NCBI GenBank assembly: GCA_964654545.1
Contig: CAZZIU010000002.1
Span: 48,903 to 112,902 of the forward strand
Source of the DNA: an uncultured bacterium
GTDB lineage: Bacteria; Fidelibacterota; Marinisomatia; Marinisomatales; JABMOV01
Direction of reading: 5' to 3'
DNA length: 64,000 nt
Part shown: in pieces, positions 51,156-61,188 of the stretch
Layout: each line of letters starts with the position of its first letter
Position numbering within the stretch: position 1 is the first letter of the stretch
Translations under genes and position numbers: made by a program
The notes under the pieces: model-generated
What the model saw: the letters and a program-made list of their open reading frames with translations, nothing else
The model's database searches: none
Told to the model about the DNA's origin: nothing

Positions 51156-52018
51156 TGACTAAATATGCATTTCTATTGGCTGAAGGGATCAAAAACCTTT
51201 GGCGACATAAGTTAACAGCCTTTGCATCTATCGTGAGTATCACTATATGTCTGCTATTTATAGGTGGGTTTATTATTATCGGGCAAAACACCCATTTCGT
51301 CATCGAGTATTTTAGAGCCAAATACAAGATTGAAGTATTTTTTAGTGAGGAAAAATCCAATGAGCAGGCAAAAGAATTAGTAAATAAAATTAAGGAAATG
51401 GAGAATGTTCGTTCCGTTACTTTCATTTCCAAGGAAGACGCAACAGTAATCTTTAAACAACAGTATGGCGAAGATGTCCATTCCATGTTGGGCTATAACC
51501 CATTTCCTGCCAGCTGTGTAGTAAATGTGGAACCTAATGTACAGGGTGAGTTGATAATTAATGGGCTGATTCAAAATATTCAGCAATTAGGCGGCGTATC
51601 GGAGGTTCATCATCAAGGCCGACTGATAGCAAGAATTGAAAGATTGTACAATCTGATATTATCCTGGGGATTTTATGCTGCTCTTGGACTGATTTTACTG
51701 GCAGTGGTGATTGTATCAAATACAATTCGTTTAACCGTATACGCAAAGAAAGAATTGATCGAAATTTTACGAGCAATCGGGGCATCCAATGGATTTATAC
51801 GGGCGCCCTTTGTAATGGAGGCTATATTTCAGAGTGTTATTGCCTCAATATTAGCCGGTGCTATGATTTATGGTACAATCAATATCAGCATGTCGTATTT
51901 GCCACAATTGGTACGATCCTCCCTGCATGTAGATACGATGGTAATTACAATTATTACCGGATTGGGATTTATGATTGCTCTTCTGGGAAGTTTTCGGGCA
52001 ATTTCAAAATTTTTGTAA
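51155..52018 (+). CDS. ftsX: Cell division permease-like protein FtsX
   Basis: N-terminal TM, a periplasmic domain (FISKEDA...FKQQYG) and three C-terminal TM helices. TAATG junction with ftsE. Confidence 0.85.
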   Translation: MTKYAFLLAEGIKNLWRHKLTAFASIVSITICLLFIGGFIIIGQNTHFVIEYFRAKYKIEVFFSEEKSNEQAKELVNKIKEMENVRSVTFISKEDATVIFKQQYGEDVHSMLGYNPFPASCVVNVEPNVQGELIINGLIQNIQQLGGVSEVHHQGRLIARIERLYNLILSWGFYAALGLILLAVVIVSNTIRLTVYAKKELIEILRAIGASNGFIRAPFVMEAIFQSVIASILAGAMIYGTINISMSYLPQLVRSSLHVDTMVITIITGLGFMIALLGSFRAISKFL

Positions 52019-52019
52019 C

Positions 52020-52043
52020 CATTTGATTTGAAATTATCAAATG
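52020..52043. promoter_or_regulatory. Perfect 8-bp inverted repeat CATTTGAT-N8-ATCAAATG abutting a TTGACT-N16-TATAAC promoter-like pair upstream of hrcA
   Basis: Read directly from the sequence: 52020-52027 is the reverse complement of 52036-52043. TTGACT is at 52044-52049 and TATAAC at 52066-52071. The repeat does not match the CIRCE consensus. Confidence 0.3.
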
Positions 52044-52080
52044 TTGACTGGGAAGAAACGAGGCATATAACTTTCAGATT

Positions 52081-53103
52081 ATGTATGAAACACCACACGA
52101 TAAATTAACAGATCGCGATCGAAAAATCCTACAATCTGCCATTGAGGAGTATATTGATAACATCCAACCTGTGGGTTCACAATTTTTGAAAAAAGCGTAT
52201 GATTTTGATTGCAGTTCAGCAACCATTAGGAATACGTTTGTAAAATTAGAAGCACTGGGATTGCTAATGCATCCCTTTACGTCTGCGGGACGTGTACCCA
52301 CCGATGCAGGATATCGTTTTTATGTTGATGAAATTCTTCCGAACGATGATCCAATGATTGACACCATGGAAAAAAACACAATGGAAGAATTGAAGCGATT
52401 TACAACCCAAATTGATCGCTTACTGCAGGCAACAGTTACCGTCCTTTCAAATGCAAGCAGTTTGTTCAGTGTTGCATTGTTGTATGATGTTCGAAAAAGT
52501 ATATTAACAAATCTCGAGCTGGTGGAATTATCATCAGAGCGAGTCATGATGATTATAGAACTGAATTCGGGATTAATTCGATCAATGGTATTGGACCTTC
52601 AGGTTTCACTCAATAGAAGCCAATTACAAAATATATCAGAAATGTTGCTGGAAATGCTGCGTGGTTTATCGCTTGAAGATATTCGAAAAACATTTGGCGA
52701 ACGGGTACGAGAGAAAGATATTGTCAATCATGAAATTGTTCAAATCCTGCTTAAAAATCCTATTTCCTATTTTAATGTAGATTATGCAAGTCAGGTTTTC
52801 ACATCATCATTTTCGCCACTGTTACAATATCCTGAGATTCAGGACGTTAAAACTATATCAGAATTAATGCCTGGACTTCAAACAGATTATATCAAGACTT
52901 ATTTTCAAAAAAATCCGAATAATGTGATAATTGGTTCTGAGAATACGGATAGTCGATTCCAGGAACTGTCTATAATTCGAAAAGATTTTAAATTGGATAC
53001 GGTTCACGGCCAACTGGCAATCATTGGACCGACCCGGATGCCTTACAGAAAAGTGAGGAATACACTGAATAAATTTGCGGAGTTGTTACCAAATGTCATC
53101 TGA
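52081..53103 (+). CDS. hrcA: Heat-inducible transcription repressor HrcA
   Basis: N-terminal winged helix LTDRDRKILQSAIEEYIDNIQPVGSQFL, then HPFTSAGRVPTDAGYRFYVD. Confidence 0.9.
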   Translation: MYETPHDKLTDRDRKILQSAIEEYIDNIQPVGSQFLKKAYDFDCSSATIRNTFVKLEALGLLMHPFTSAGRVPTDAGYRFYVDEILPNDDPMIDTMEKNTMEELKRFTTQIDRLLQATVTVLSNASSLFSVALLYDVRKSILTNLELVELSSERVMMIIELNSGLIRSMVLDLQVSLNRSQLQNISEMLLEMLRGLSLEDIRKTFGERVREKDIVNHEIVQILLKNPISYFNVDYASQVFTSSFSPLLQYPEIQDVKTISELMPGLQTDYIKTYFQKNPNNVIIGSENTDSRFQELSIIRKDFKLDTVHGQLAIIGPTRMPYRKVRNTLNKFAELLPNVI

Positions 53104-53635
53104 AACAAAGAAAAAGCCAACCAAAACATCATCTCAGACAAAGAAAACGGCTCAAAAGTCGAAGTCTTTAAAAGAAAATGCTGTCATCACTCAACTAAAG
53201 AAAGATTTATCTGATTTTGAGGAGAAACATTTAAGACTTAAAGCGGAATTTGAAAATTTTAGACGGCGCAAAGAAAAAGAGATTTCAAAATTATTGGAAT
53301 ACGAAGGATTGGAGATATTTACCCAATTACTACCGCTTTTTGATGACCTTGCCAGAATGAATGATGCATTTGAATCCACGAGCAAAGATGTAGATGATTC
53401 TTTGAAAAAAGGTTTACAAATGATCAATACGAAGGTAGAGAAATTCCTTTCTGAATTTAAATTGGAAGCATTTGGTAAGCCGGGAGAAAATTTAGATGCA
53501 GAATTACATGATGCCTTAATGATTCGTTCTGAAAAAGGAAAAGGCGACGATGAAATTCTGGAAGTGTTTGAAAAAGGATATCGGTACAAAGATCGAGTGA
53601 TACGGCATGCAAAGGTAGTGGTAAATAAATCGTGA
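53093..53635 (+). CDS. grpE: Nucleotide exchange factor GrpE
   Basis: LRLKAEFENFRRRKEKE, plus the C-terminal GYRYKDRVIRHAKVVV. Start ATG 53093, trimmed from 53075. Confidence 0.9.
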   Translation: MSSETKKKPTKTSSQTKKTAQKSKSLKENAVITQLKKDLSDFEEKHLRLKAEFENFRRRKEKEISKLLEYEGLEIFTQLLPLFDDLARMNDAFESTSKDVDDSLKKGLQMINTKVEKFLSEFKLEAFGKPGENLDAELHDALMIRSEKGKGDDEILEVFEKGYRYKDRVIRHAKVVVNKS

Positions 53636-54756
53636 GAGATTATTATGAAATTTTAGGTGTTTCAAGGGATGCTTCTCCAGATGAGGTTAAAAAGGCATAT
53701 CGTAAAATTGCCATGAAATATCATCCGGATAGAAATCCTGGGGACACAGAAGCTGAAAAAAACTTTAAAGAAGCGGCTGAGGCCTATTCCATTCTAAACG
53801 ACGCCAACAAAAGATCCCAATACGATCAATTTGGGCATGCTGGTGTAGGAATGGGGGATCAAAGTGGATTCTCGGGCGGCGGAATTCACATGTCCATGGA
53901 AGATATTTTCCGTCAGTTCGGTGATATTTTTGGCGGACGAAGCCCCTTTGACGATATATTCGGTGGTGGAGGTGGGAGTTCAAGAGGATACTCCCGCAAA
54001 GCAAAAGATTTACGTATTACTTTGGAACTTGAACCAATTGACATACTAAACGGGGTTGAAAAAACCGTAAACATTAATCGGTTTGAAACCTGTGATACTT
54101 GCGAAGGAACGGGCGCAAAGCCCGGGAGTACTCCATCACGATGTAAGCATTGTGGAGGAAGCGGACAAGTCAGGCAAATATCTCGCACATTTTTTGGACA
54201 ATCTGTTGTGGTAACAGATTGCCCCATTTGCCACGGCGATGGAGAAGTAATCGAATCCCCTTGTTCTGATTGTGGTGGGAAAGGTATCCAGCGTAAGAAA
54301 GTTGCCATAAAAATAAATGTTCCAAAAGGAGTAGCTTCTGGAAACTATATGACCCTCGAAGGTCAGGGGAATAAAGGTGGCAAGGGTGTGTATGCTGGAG
54401 ATCTGGTGGTGTTTTTTGAAGAAAAACAACATACATACTTTGTTCGCGATGAGCAGGATATTCATTTAACGGTTCATTTAACCATTACAGAATGTGCGTT
54501 GGGAACAACAATAGAAGTGCCAACAATCGAAGGAAAAGCCAGTTTAAAGGTTCCAGCAGGAATTCAGTCCGGTCAGCGCTTACGGATGCGGGGAAAAGGA
54601 TACCCGAAACTACGTTCATCCGCACGTGGAGACCAGTATGTTCGGGTTCAAATTGATACACCCAAATCGCTTTCCAAAAAGGAAAAAGAGCTATTGATTG
54701 AACTGGGAAAAAATGTAAACGGAAAGGTGCATTCGTTCACCAAGGGAACGCTGTAG
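53632..54756 (+). CDS. dnaJ: Molecular chaperone DnaJ
   Basis: J domain DYYEILGV...KYHPDRNP, a G/F region, and four CxxCxGxG repeats (CDTCEGTG, CKHCGGSG, CPICHGDG, CSDCGGKG). Confidence 0.95.
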   Translation: MRDYYEILGVSRDASPDEVKKAYRKIAMKYHPDRNPGDTEAEKNFKEAAEAYSILNDANKRSQYDQFGHAGVGMGDQSGFSGGGIHMSMEDIFRQFGDIFGGRSPFDDIFGGGGGSSRGYSRKAKDLRITLELEPIDILNGVEKTVNINRFETCDTCEGTGAKPGSTPSRCKHCGGSGQVRQISRTFFGQSVVVTDCPICHGDGEVIESPCSDCGGKGIQRKKVAIKINVPKGVASGNYMTLEGQGNKGGKGVYAGDLVVFFEEKQHTYFVRDEQDIHLTVHLTITECALGTTIEVPTIEGKASLKVPAGIQSGQRLRMRGKGYPKLRSSARGDQYVRVQIDTPKSLSKKEKELLIELGKNVNGKVHSFTKGTL

Positions 54757-55142
54757 TGGTATTTACCGAAAAGGAAAAATTTGTATTATTATTCATTGCG
54801 GGCTTTGCTGTTGTTGGGATTGTCGTCGGTTTGGTACGAAATGTCTGGTTTACGGACCCTCCAATTGACCTGGTGACGCCAGTAAAAATGAATACGGCGA
54901 ATCAAACTACCGAAATTGAGGGAGAAATTTCTGCCATTCAACAGTCAGAAATTATTAATATTAACATTGCCAATATTGATGAATTGACATTGCTACCAAA
55001 TATCGGACCGGTTACAGCAGAAAGAATTCTTCAGTATCGGGATGACTATGGTTATTTTAAATCATTGGAAGATCTAATGAAAGTAAAGGGAATTGGTCCC
55101 AAAACACTGGAAAAGATAAAATCAAAGATTACAATTGATTAG
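54756..55142 (+). CDS. comEA: ComEA-family helix-hairpin-helix DNA-binding protein
   Basis: N-terminal TM, then INIANIDELTLLPNIGPVTAERILQYRDDYGYFKSLEDLMKVKGIGPKTLEKIK. Confidence 0.8.
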   Translation: MVFTEKEKFVLLFIAGFAVVGIVVGLVRNVWFTDPPIDLVTPVKMNTANQTTEIEGEISAIQQSEIININIANIDELTLLPNIGPVTAERILQYRDDYGYFKSLEDLMKVKGIGPKTLEKIKSKITID

Positions 55143-55150
55143 GATATAGA

Positions 55151-55912
55151 ATGGACGAAAAAAAGAGGCATCGTATTTCCGATTTACTGGAATTTTTAAT
55201 TGTACTGTCACTGGTATTCCTTTTTATCGTGTTAACGGTTCCCATAGCCATCTGGGAAGAAGAAGCACAGGCCGAAAAAGAAGCAAGATTCCGCATGAAG
55301 ACCATGAACGGAGTTCAGCAGTTTTATAAGACTTTAACCGGGCAATACGAAAACGATGATTTTTGGGCAATAAAAGTTGTGAATGCAGTGCGAGATTCTG
55401 TTGTTGCAGATTCTATGTTTGTCGGTGAACAATTGGTCCTACTCGATGATAAAGAATTCGTTGTGGAAATTCCTGATAAATTTAATGTTGACGTGGACAC
55501 CACGTTTGGATTCCAGCGGACAAGAAGAGATACGATGAATGACACGACGGTTACCTATCTTTCTTATGTTATGAAAAATACCGGTGAAATTGATTATGAC
55601 TTGATTGATACTTCATATACCCCTATCAAAAAGTTGAGCGAAATTGAACAAGATTCTCTCTTTATACGGATTTTAAAGCAGGAACCGGTACAACGGGTTG
55701 AATTAACAACCTATTACGATACATACGCACCGGACTCAAGTTTTATGTATTGCCCTGTGACGATACAACAATTTATAACTTCGATCGAAGAGGACCAATT
55801 TAGAATTGATTGTCCCATTGCTGATGTAGTCAAAGAACCACGTTATCTCATATTTTCATTTTCAGCCTCAAATCATGGATACATGAAAGATGGTGTCACA
55901 AGCTGGGATTAA
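55151..55912 (+). CDS. Membrane-anchored hypothetical protein with a pilin-like N-terminal helix
   Basis: RISDLLEFLIVLSLVFLFIVLTVPIAIW followed by an amphipathic helix. I recognise no domain. Confidence 0.5.
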   Translation: MDEKKRHRISDLLEFLIVLSLVFLFIVLTVPIAIWEEEAQAEKEARFRMKTMNGVQQFYKTLTGQYENDDFWAIKVVNAVRDSVVADSMFVGEQLVLLDDKEFVVEIPDKFNVDVDTTFGFQRTRRDTMNDTTVTYLSYVMKNTGEIDYDLIDTSYTPIKKLSEIEQDSLFIRILKQEPVQRVELTTYYDTYAPDSSFMYCPVTIQQFITSIEEDQFRIDCPIADVVKEPRYLIFSFSASNHGYMKDGVTSWD

Positions 55913-55923
55913 ATGATTAGCTT

Positions 55924-57534
55924 GTGATTACATTTGTTTTATCAAACGATTATATTTACGGATGTAAGTGGTATAAAGATGAGTCAACTTTTCAAGTAAG
56001 AAGTTCATTTTACCACCCTTTTAATTCCCCTCTACTTAACCAAATATCCGACGAGACACAATTAAATCATTTGATTGATGGCTCGCTCCGACTTTGCTCA
56101 CAAACAATGGATATTTCTGGTGAACCTATCAGTGTTATTCTTGATTCAACATTAACGTTTGAAGATATCCTGCAAACCGATTCCGACTTACCCGTTCATA
56201 TCCCTCGCCAATACATTGATTGGTACAAAGAAACGATTCTGTGTGATTACAGTGATGATTTTGAATATAGTATTTCTGAAAAACATCGAAATATCAATGA
56301 ATTTCGTGTCACATATTTCCCACGGCTTCTACCTGATATTATAAAAATGTCAGTGCGGGAATTAGGCGGTAAGCCTTTTGAGCTAAAATCAATTGGATCG
56401 ATGTTTATCAATCGCAGTGCCAGTGGGAATTCAATGATCGTAAGGGATGATGTTCATGGATACACAATATATGGTGATACGGATAACGGTTCGTTTATTT
56501 CTAATCTTAGATTTTTAAAGGGAGAACCTAAATTTTCAGAGTGGACTGGGAATACGGACATTCGCAGCTTGCTGTTCACCGAACAATATGATGGTGCGGA
56601 TATTGAGGTGCACTTTATAGGTTCATTTACGGACAATAAAAAAGCCCATTGGGCCAGCTGGGACTATTTTATTGAAGATGTATCTACGAATAAGTCTGAT
56701 TGGGAAAACCTGCAAACCGATTTGAATGAAGAGCAATTATCCATTTTAACTGAATGTATTTCGGAATATTCTGATCCCGATTCTAATCTATTTGACCATG
56801 CAATTCGAGTTTCAGCAAAAGATGAGGTTGATGGGGATCGTGATGACAAAATCTATCATGAAAATATACCGGAAATTAAGGGGCGCAAAACACCGTCACC
56901 GTTTTTGACATTTCTCTTTATTGTAGTTGGTTTAAGCTATATCTATATTAATCGCGCACCTTTAATTGAGTTGGGCTCCCAGTTAATTCAACCGGATAGT
57001 GAGACTGTTGCACCCCTAACTGTAGATCCGCGTATTCACACAATTGCGAATACCAGTGAATCTCAATTGAACTTTATCAATCTTCAAATTGGGTATGATT
57101 TATCTACGTTACGCTTTATGGTTACTGAAGAAAATGCTGCTGAAATCCATTGGGAAAAAAAACCTGAAGATATTAAAAACAGGTTTAGTTATTTGGGGTC
57201 AAATATTACAATGGATGGTCTTAAAGTTCAGCTATCCTTACCATTAATTAAGGGTCAAAAATTATTTCAAAACAACAAACCGGTTGAATCCTGGTTACAG
57301 TACACTTATCGATATTTCCCCACAGGTGAGATTCATGTATTTAAACCAATTTCTTTTGCTGATACGTATTACCACCCCATCACGATTCAGTTGAATGATA
57401 TATCCACAATAATCAATTTTATCAAGTGGCTAAGAAATGGACCAACCAACTCATTGCTGAGGAAATCGATTGTAATGACAGATTCCAATCATGATTTAAC
57501 CGCAACTTTTTATATTTCACTCTTTAATATATAA
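55924..57534 (+). CDS. Hypothetical bitopic protein (cytoplasmic N-domain, one TM near residue 335, periplasmic C-domain)
   Basis: GTG start and a central TM FLTFLFIVVGLSYIYI. I recognise no motif. The topology resembles PilM-PilN/O-type assembly proteins, but only by architecture. Confidence 0.5.
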   Translation: MITFVLSNDYIYGCKWYKDESTFQVRSSFYHPFNSPLLNQISDETQLNHLIDGSLRLCSQTMDISGEPISVILDSTLTFEDILQTDSDLPVHIPRQYIDWYKETILCDYSDDFEYSISEKHRNINEFRVTYFPRLLPDIIKMSVRELGGKPFELKSIGSMFINRSASGNSMIVRDDVHGYTIYGDTDNGSFISNLRFLKGEPKFSEWTGNTDIRSLLFTEQYDGADIEVHFIGSFTDNKKAHWASWDYFIEDVSTNKSDWENLQTDLNEEQLSILTECISEYSDPDSNLFDHAIRVSAKDEVDGDRDDKIYHENIPEIKGRKTPSPFLTFLFIVVGLSYIYINRAPLIELGSQLIQPDSETVAPLTVDPRIHTIANTSESQLNFINLQIGYDLSTLRFMVTEENAAEIHWEKKPEDIKNRFSYLGSNITMDGLKVQLSLPLIKGQKLFQNNKPVESWLQYTYRYFPTGEIHVFKPISFADTYYHPITIQLNDISTIINFIKWLRNGPTNSLLRKSIVMTDSNHDLTATFYISLFNI

Positions 57535-57539
57535 TTACG

Positions 57540-58064
57540 ATGAAAATCCTTGCCGGTAAATACAAAGGGCAAGCCATACACACAGTAAAACGCGCTACGT
57601 ATCGCCCAACACAGTCGAGAATACGGAAGAGCCTTTTTGATAGTTTAGGGAATATACAGGGAAAAACTTTTTTGGATACATACGCTGGGAGTGGAATTAT
57701 TGGCTTTGAAGCGGTCAGTCGTGACGTTGGTAACCTTACATTAATTGAAGAAAATAAGAAAACCGTTCAACTATTAAAGCGAAATGCTGAACTATTTTCT
57801 TCAGAGGATATAAGGATAATTAGGGGTGATGTGATGAAATTGTTACCGGAGAAAGATTCGTATGATATTATATTTTCTGACCCCCCATATCTATATTTAA
57901 AAGATGAACATTATAGTGAACATTTGATAAATAATTGCGTTGATAGTCTATCAGATAAAGGAATATATATATTGGAGATAGCGAAGAAATTTGCCCAATT
58001 TCCAGCTGACCGAAGGAAAGATTTTGGTGATACAACCTTACTGTTTTGGAGAAAACCTTCATGA
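57540..58064 (+). CDS. rsmD: 16S rRNA (guanine966-N2)-methyltransferase RsmD
   Basis: RPTQSRIRKSLF, LDTYAGSG and FSDPPY. Confidence 0.85.
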   Translation: MKILAGKYKGQAIHTVKRATYRPTQSRIRKSLFDSLGNIQGKTFLDTYAGSGIIGFEAVSRDVGNLTLIEENKKTVQLLKRNAELFSSEDIRIIRGDVMKLLPEKDSYDIIFSDPPYLYLKDEHYSEHLINNCVDSLSDKGIYILEIAKKFAQFPADRRKDFGDTTLLFWRKPS

Positions 58065-58540
58065 AAATAGTCATTTATCCCGGAACATTTGACCCGATTC
58101 ATCGGGGTCACATTGATATTGCTGAACGAGCATCTAGACTGTTCGACAAGTTGATTTTCCTTGTTGCCGAAAATCTACAAAAATCAGCATTATTTACAAC
58201 GAGTGAACGAAAAGAAATGATAACGGAAGCTACCAGACACTTATCGAACATAGAGGTAAAATCAACACCTGATCTGGTTGTCAATGTTGCAAAAGAAGAA
58301 AAAGCGATAGCCCTGATTCGTGGATTAAGGCATGTAAGCGATTTTGAATTTGAATTTCAAATGGCCATGATGAATTATCACTTAAACTCAGATGTAACAA
58401 CCATTCTCATGATGCCGGATGAAAAATACATTCATTTAAACTCCACAGTCGTGAAAGATGTGTCCAAATTAAAGGGTGATATATCGGCCTATGTGCCTGA
58501 TATTGTAAAACGTTATCTGAAATTGAAATATAATCATTAG
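58061..58540 (+). CDS. coaD: Phosphopantetheine adenylyltransferase
   Basis: YPGTFDPIHRGHIDI, RGLR..SDFEFE and SSTVVKD-like STVVKDV. ATGA overlap with rsmD; start trimmed from 58046. Confidence 0.95.
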   Translation: MKIVIYPGTFDPIHRGHIDIAERASRLFDKLIFLVAENLQKSALFTTSERKEMITEATRHLSNIEVKSTPDLVVNVAKEEKAIALIRGLRHVSDFEFEFQMAMMNYHLNSDVTTILMMPDEKYIHLNSTVVKDVSKLKGDISAYVPDIVKRYLKLKYNH

Positions 58541-58593
58541 AATTTCATAAATTCGTCGTCCCTTTTTAATCATTTTATAGAGAATATATCAAA

Positions 58594-58851
58594 ATGCCAA
58601 CATACGAATATCTATGCACGGAATGTGGGATTACATTTGATGTATTCCAGGCAATGTCCGATTCGGTATTGGATCGCTGTCCAAAATGTGGGGGTAAAGT
58701 GCGCCGGTTAGTGAGCGGTGGGTCCGGCCTAATATTTAAAGGATCAGGGTTCTATGTAACGGACTATAAGAATAAATCAGTTAAAGAAATATCAGAACCT
58801 GTGTCCAAGAAGCCATCAAAATCATCAACTTCAGAAATTTCAAAGGAATAA
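58594..58851 (+). CDS. FmdB-family zinc-ribbon protein
   Basis: [12 protein letters not shown]...CPKCGG..RRL...G.GFY. Confidence 0.8.
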   Translation: MPTYEYLCTECGITFDVFQAMSDSVLDRCPKCGGKVRRLVSGGSGLIFKGSGFYVTDYKNKSVKEISEPVSKKPSKSSTSEISKE

Positions 58852-58853
58852 AC

Positions 58854-60149
58854 ATGTCAATTTATCAGTTTATTAATGTACCTGAAAGCGGGAAAAAAAT
58901 TACAGCCACTAACGGGAAATTATCTGTTCCGGATAATCCAATCATTCCATTTATTGAAGGTGATGGTATAGGGCCGGATATTTGGCATGCCGCTGTACGA
59001 GTGTTTGATGCTGCGGTTGAAAAAGCCTATAACGGAAAAAAGAAAATATCCTGGATGGAGGTGTATGCTGGAGAAAAAGCACTGGAAAAAACCAATAGCT
59101 GGCTTCCAGATGAAACTCTGGATGTGATTCGGGAATATTTAATTGCAATCAAAGGTCCTTTGACTACTCCTGTAGGTGGTGGTATTCGCTCTCTAAACGT
59201 CGCCCTTCGACAAAAACTGGATTTATATGCCTGTGTTCGACCCGTTCGCTGGTTCAGTGGTGTTCCCTCACCAGTGAAGGAACCGGGACTGGTGGACATG
59301 ATTATTTACAGGGAAAATACTGAAGACATTTATGCAGGTATTGAATGGATGGATGGAAGTCCCGAAGTTGAAAAAGTAAAATCATTTCTTCTTACAGAAA
59401 TGAATGTAAAAAACATTCGATTCCCCAACACTGCATCCATAGGCGTAAAACCTGTATCTGTCGAGGGCACTGAACGATTAATCAGATCCGCAATTGATTT
59501 TGCATTGGACCATCATCGGAAATCAGTGACGATTGTCCACAAAGGCAATATTATGAAGTTTACAGAAGGTGCCTTTAAAACATGGGGATATGCCCTCGCT
59601 GAAAGAGAATATGGAGACAAGGTTTTCACCTGGGCGCAATACGATCGGATTAAGGCTGAAAAAGGTGAAGAGGAAGCTAGCAAGGCGCAAAAATCAGCAT
59701 TGGATAGCGGAAAACTATTGGTTAAGGATTTTATAGCCGATGCTTTCTTGCAACAGATTCTTCTGCGACCGGCGGAATACGACGTGGTTGCAACATTGAA
59801 TCTAAATGGTGACTATATTTCTGATGCGCTGGCAGCAATTGTGGGTGGTATTGGAATTGCTCCAGGAGCAAATATTAATTACATCTCAGGGCACGCCATA
59901 TTTGAGGCAACTCATGGCACTGCACCCAAGTATGCTGGACAAGACAAAGTAAATCCAAGCTCAATTATTTTAAGCGGAGTGATGATGCTGGAGCATCTTG
60001 GATGGCAGGAAGCCGCTGATAATATTGTCCATGGAATCGAAGGATCCATCATAAATAAAAGGGTCACATATGATTTTCACCGTCTCATGGATGGTGCAAC
60101 AAAATTGAAATGTTCCGAATTTGGAACAGAAATAATTTCTAATATGTAG
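58854..60149 (+). CDS. icd: NADP-dependent isocitrate dehydrogenase
   Basis: [37 protein letters not shown] and HGTAPKYAG. Confidence 0.95.
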   Translation: MSIYQFINVPESGKKITATNGKLSVPDNPIIPFIEGDGIGPDIWHAAVRVFDAAVEKAYNGKKKISWMEVYAGEKALEKTNSWLPDETLDVIREYLIAIKGPLTTPVGGGIRSLNVALRQKLDLYACVRPVRWFSGVPSPVKEPGLVDMIIYRENTEDIYAGIEWMDGSPEVEKVKSFLLTEMNVKNIRFPNTASIGVKPVSVEGTERLIRSAIDFALDHHRKSVTIVHKGNIMKFTEGAFKTWGYALAEREYGDKVFTWAQYDRIKAEKGEEEASKAQKSALDSGKLLVKDFIADAFLQQILLRPAEYDVVATLNLNGDYISDALAAIVGGIGIAPGANINYISGHAIFEATHGTAPKYAGQDKVNPSSIILSGVMMLEHLGWQEAADNIVHGIEGSIINKRVTYDFHRLMDGATKLKCSEFGTEIISNM

Positions 60150-60201
60150 CATTCCTTTTCGCCGAGTAGTAGTTTATTCGGATAATCGGATTTTACGAAT
60201 T

Positions 60202-61188
60202 ATGTTTATAGATTATACAGTCATTGAATGTCGAGCCGGAAAAGGCGGAGCCGGAATGGTTTCCTTCAGACGGGAAAAATTCGTTCCCAAAGGAGGGCCG
60301 AATGGTGGTGATGGAGGAAAAGGCGGCGATATTGTCATAAAGGTAGATACGAATCTCCACACCCTGCACGATTTGCGTTACAATCGCATATACAAAGCTG
60401 CCAATGGTGGAAGTGGTGGTACAAATCAAAAATCCGGAAAAAATGGCACGGATATCCATATTCTCGTTCCACCTGGGACACTTATTAAAAATAAAGAAAC
60501 TGGTGAAGTCATTGCCGATTTAACAAGCACTCAAGATTCCATTATACTATGCCATGGCGGCAAAGGTGGGAATGGAAACCAACATTACAAGACGTCCACG
60601 AACCAGACCCCCCGATATGCACAATCGGGCCTTCCCGGCGAGAATGGAATATTTGAATTGGAGTTGAAAGTATTGGCAGATGTTGGTTTGGTCGGGCTTC
60701 CAAATGCTGGTAAATCTACATTTCTGTCCACAGTATCCGCTGCCCGACCAAAGGTGGCTGATTATCCGTTCACAACACTTGAACCATACCTCGGGATCGT
60801 AAATATATCGGAATTTAGATCATTGGTTATGGCGGATATTCCTGGGTTAATTGAAGGTGCCAGTGATGGCAAAGGATTGGGTATTACTTTTCTACGCCAT
60901 GTAGAACGGTCGAAGGTGTTGGCTTTCGTAATTGACATCAATGAAGAAGACCCGGAAAAAGTCTACCAGACGTTATTGAATGAATTATTTCATCACAATG
61001 CAGCTTTGTTGGATAAACCGAGATGTATAATACGTTCCAAAATTGATACAATTAGTGAAGAAATTGATGATCATTGGAATTCTGTTTCTTTTAAATATGT
61101 ATCCATGTCTTCGGTTACCGGTGAAGGTGTGAAAGATGTATTATTATTTATAGATAGATTAATTAATGAATCCCGAGATCACCACTGA
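60202..61188 (+). CDS. obg: GTPase Obg/CgtA
   Basis: MFIDY...AGKGGAGMVSFRREKFVPKGGPNGGDGGKGG, G1 GLPNAGKST and DIPGLIEGAS. Confidence 0.95.
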   Translation: MFIDYTVIECRAGKGGAGMVSFRREKFVPKGGPNGGDGGKGGDIVIKVDTNLHTLHDLRYNRIYKAANGGSGGTNQKSGKNGTDIHILVPPGTLIKNKETGEVIADLTSTQDSIILCHGGKGGNGNQHYKTSTNQTPRYAQSGLPGENGIFELELKVLADVGLVGLPNAGKSTFLSTVSAARPKVADYPFTTLEPYLGIVNISEFRSLVMADIPGLIEGASDGKGLGITFLRHVERSKVLAFVIDINEEDPEKVYQTLLNELFHHNAALLDKPRCIIRSKIDTISEEIDDHWNSVSFKYVSMSSVTGEGVKDVLLFIDRLINESRDHH

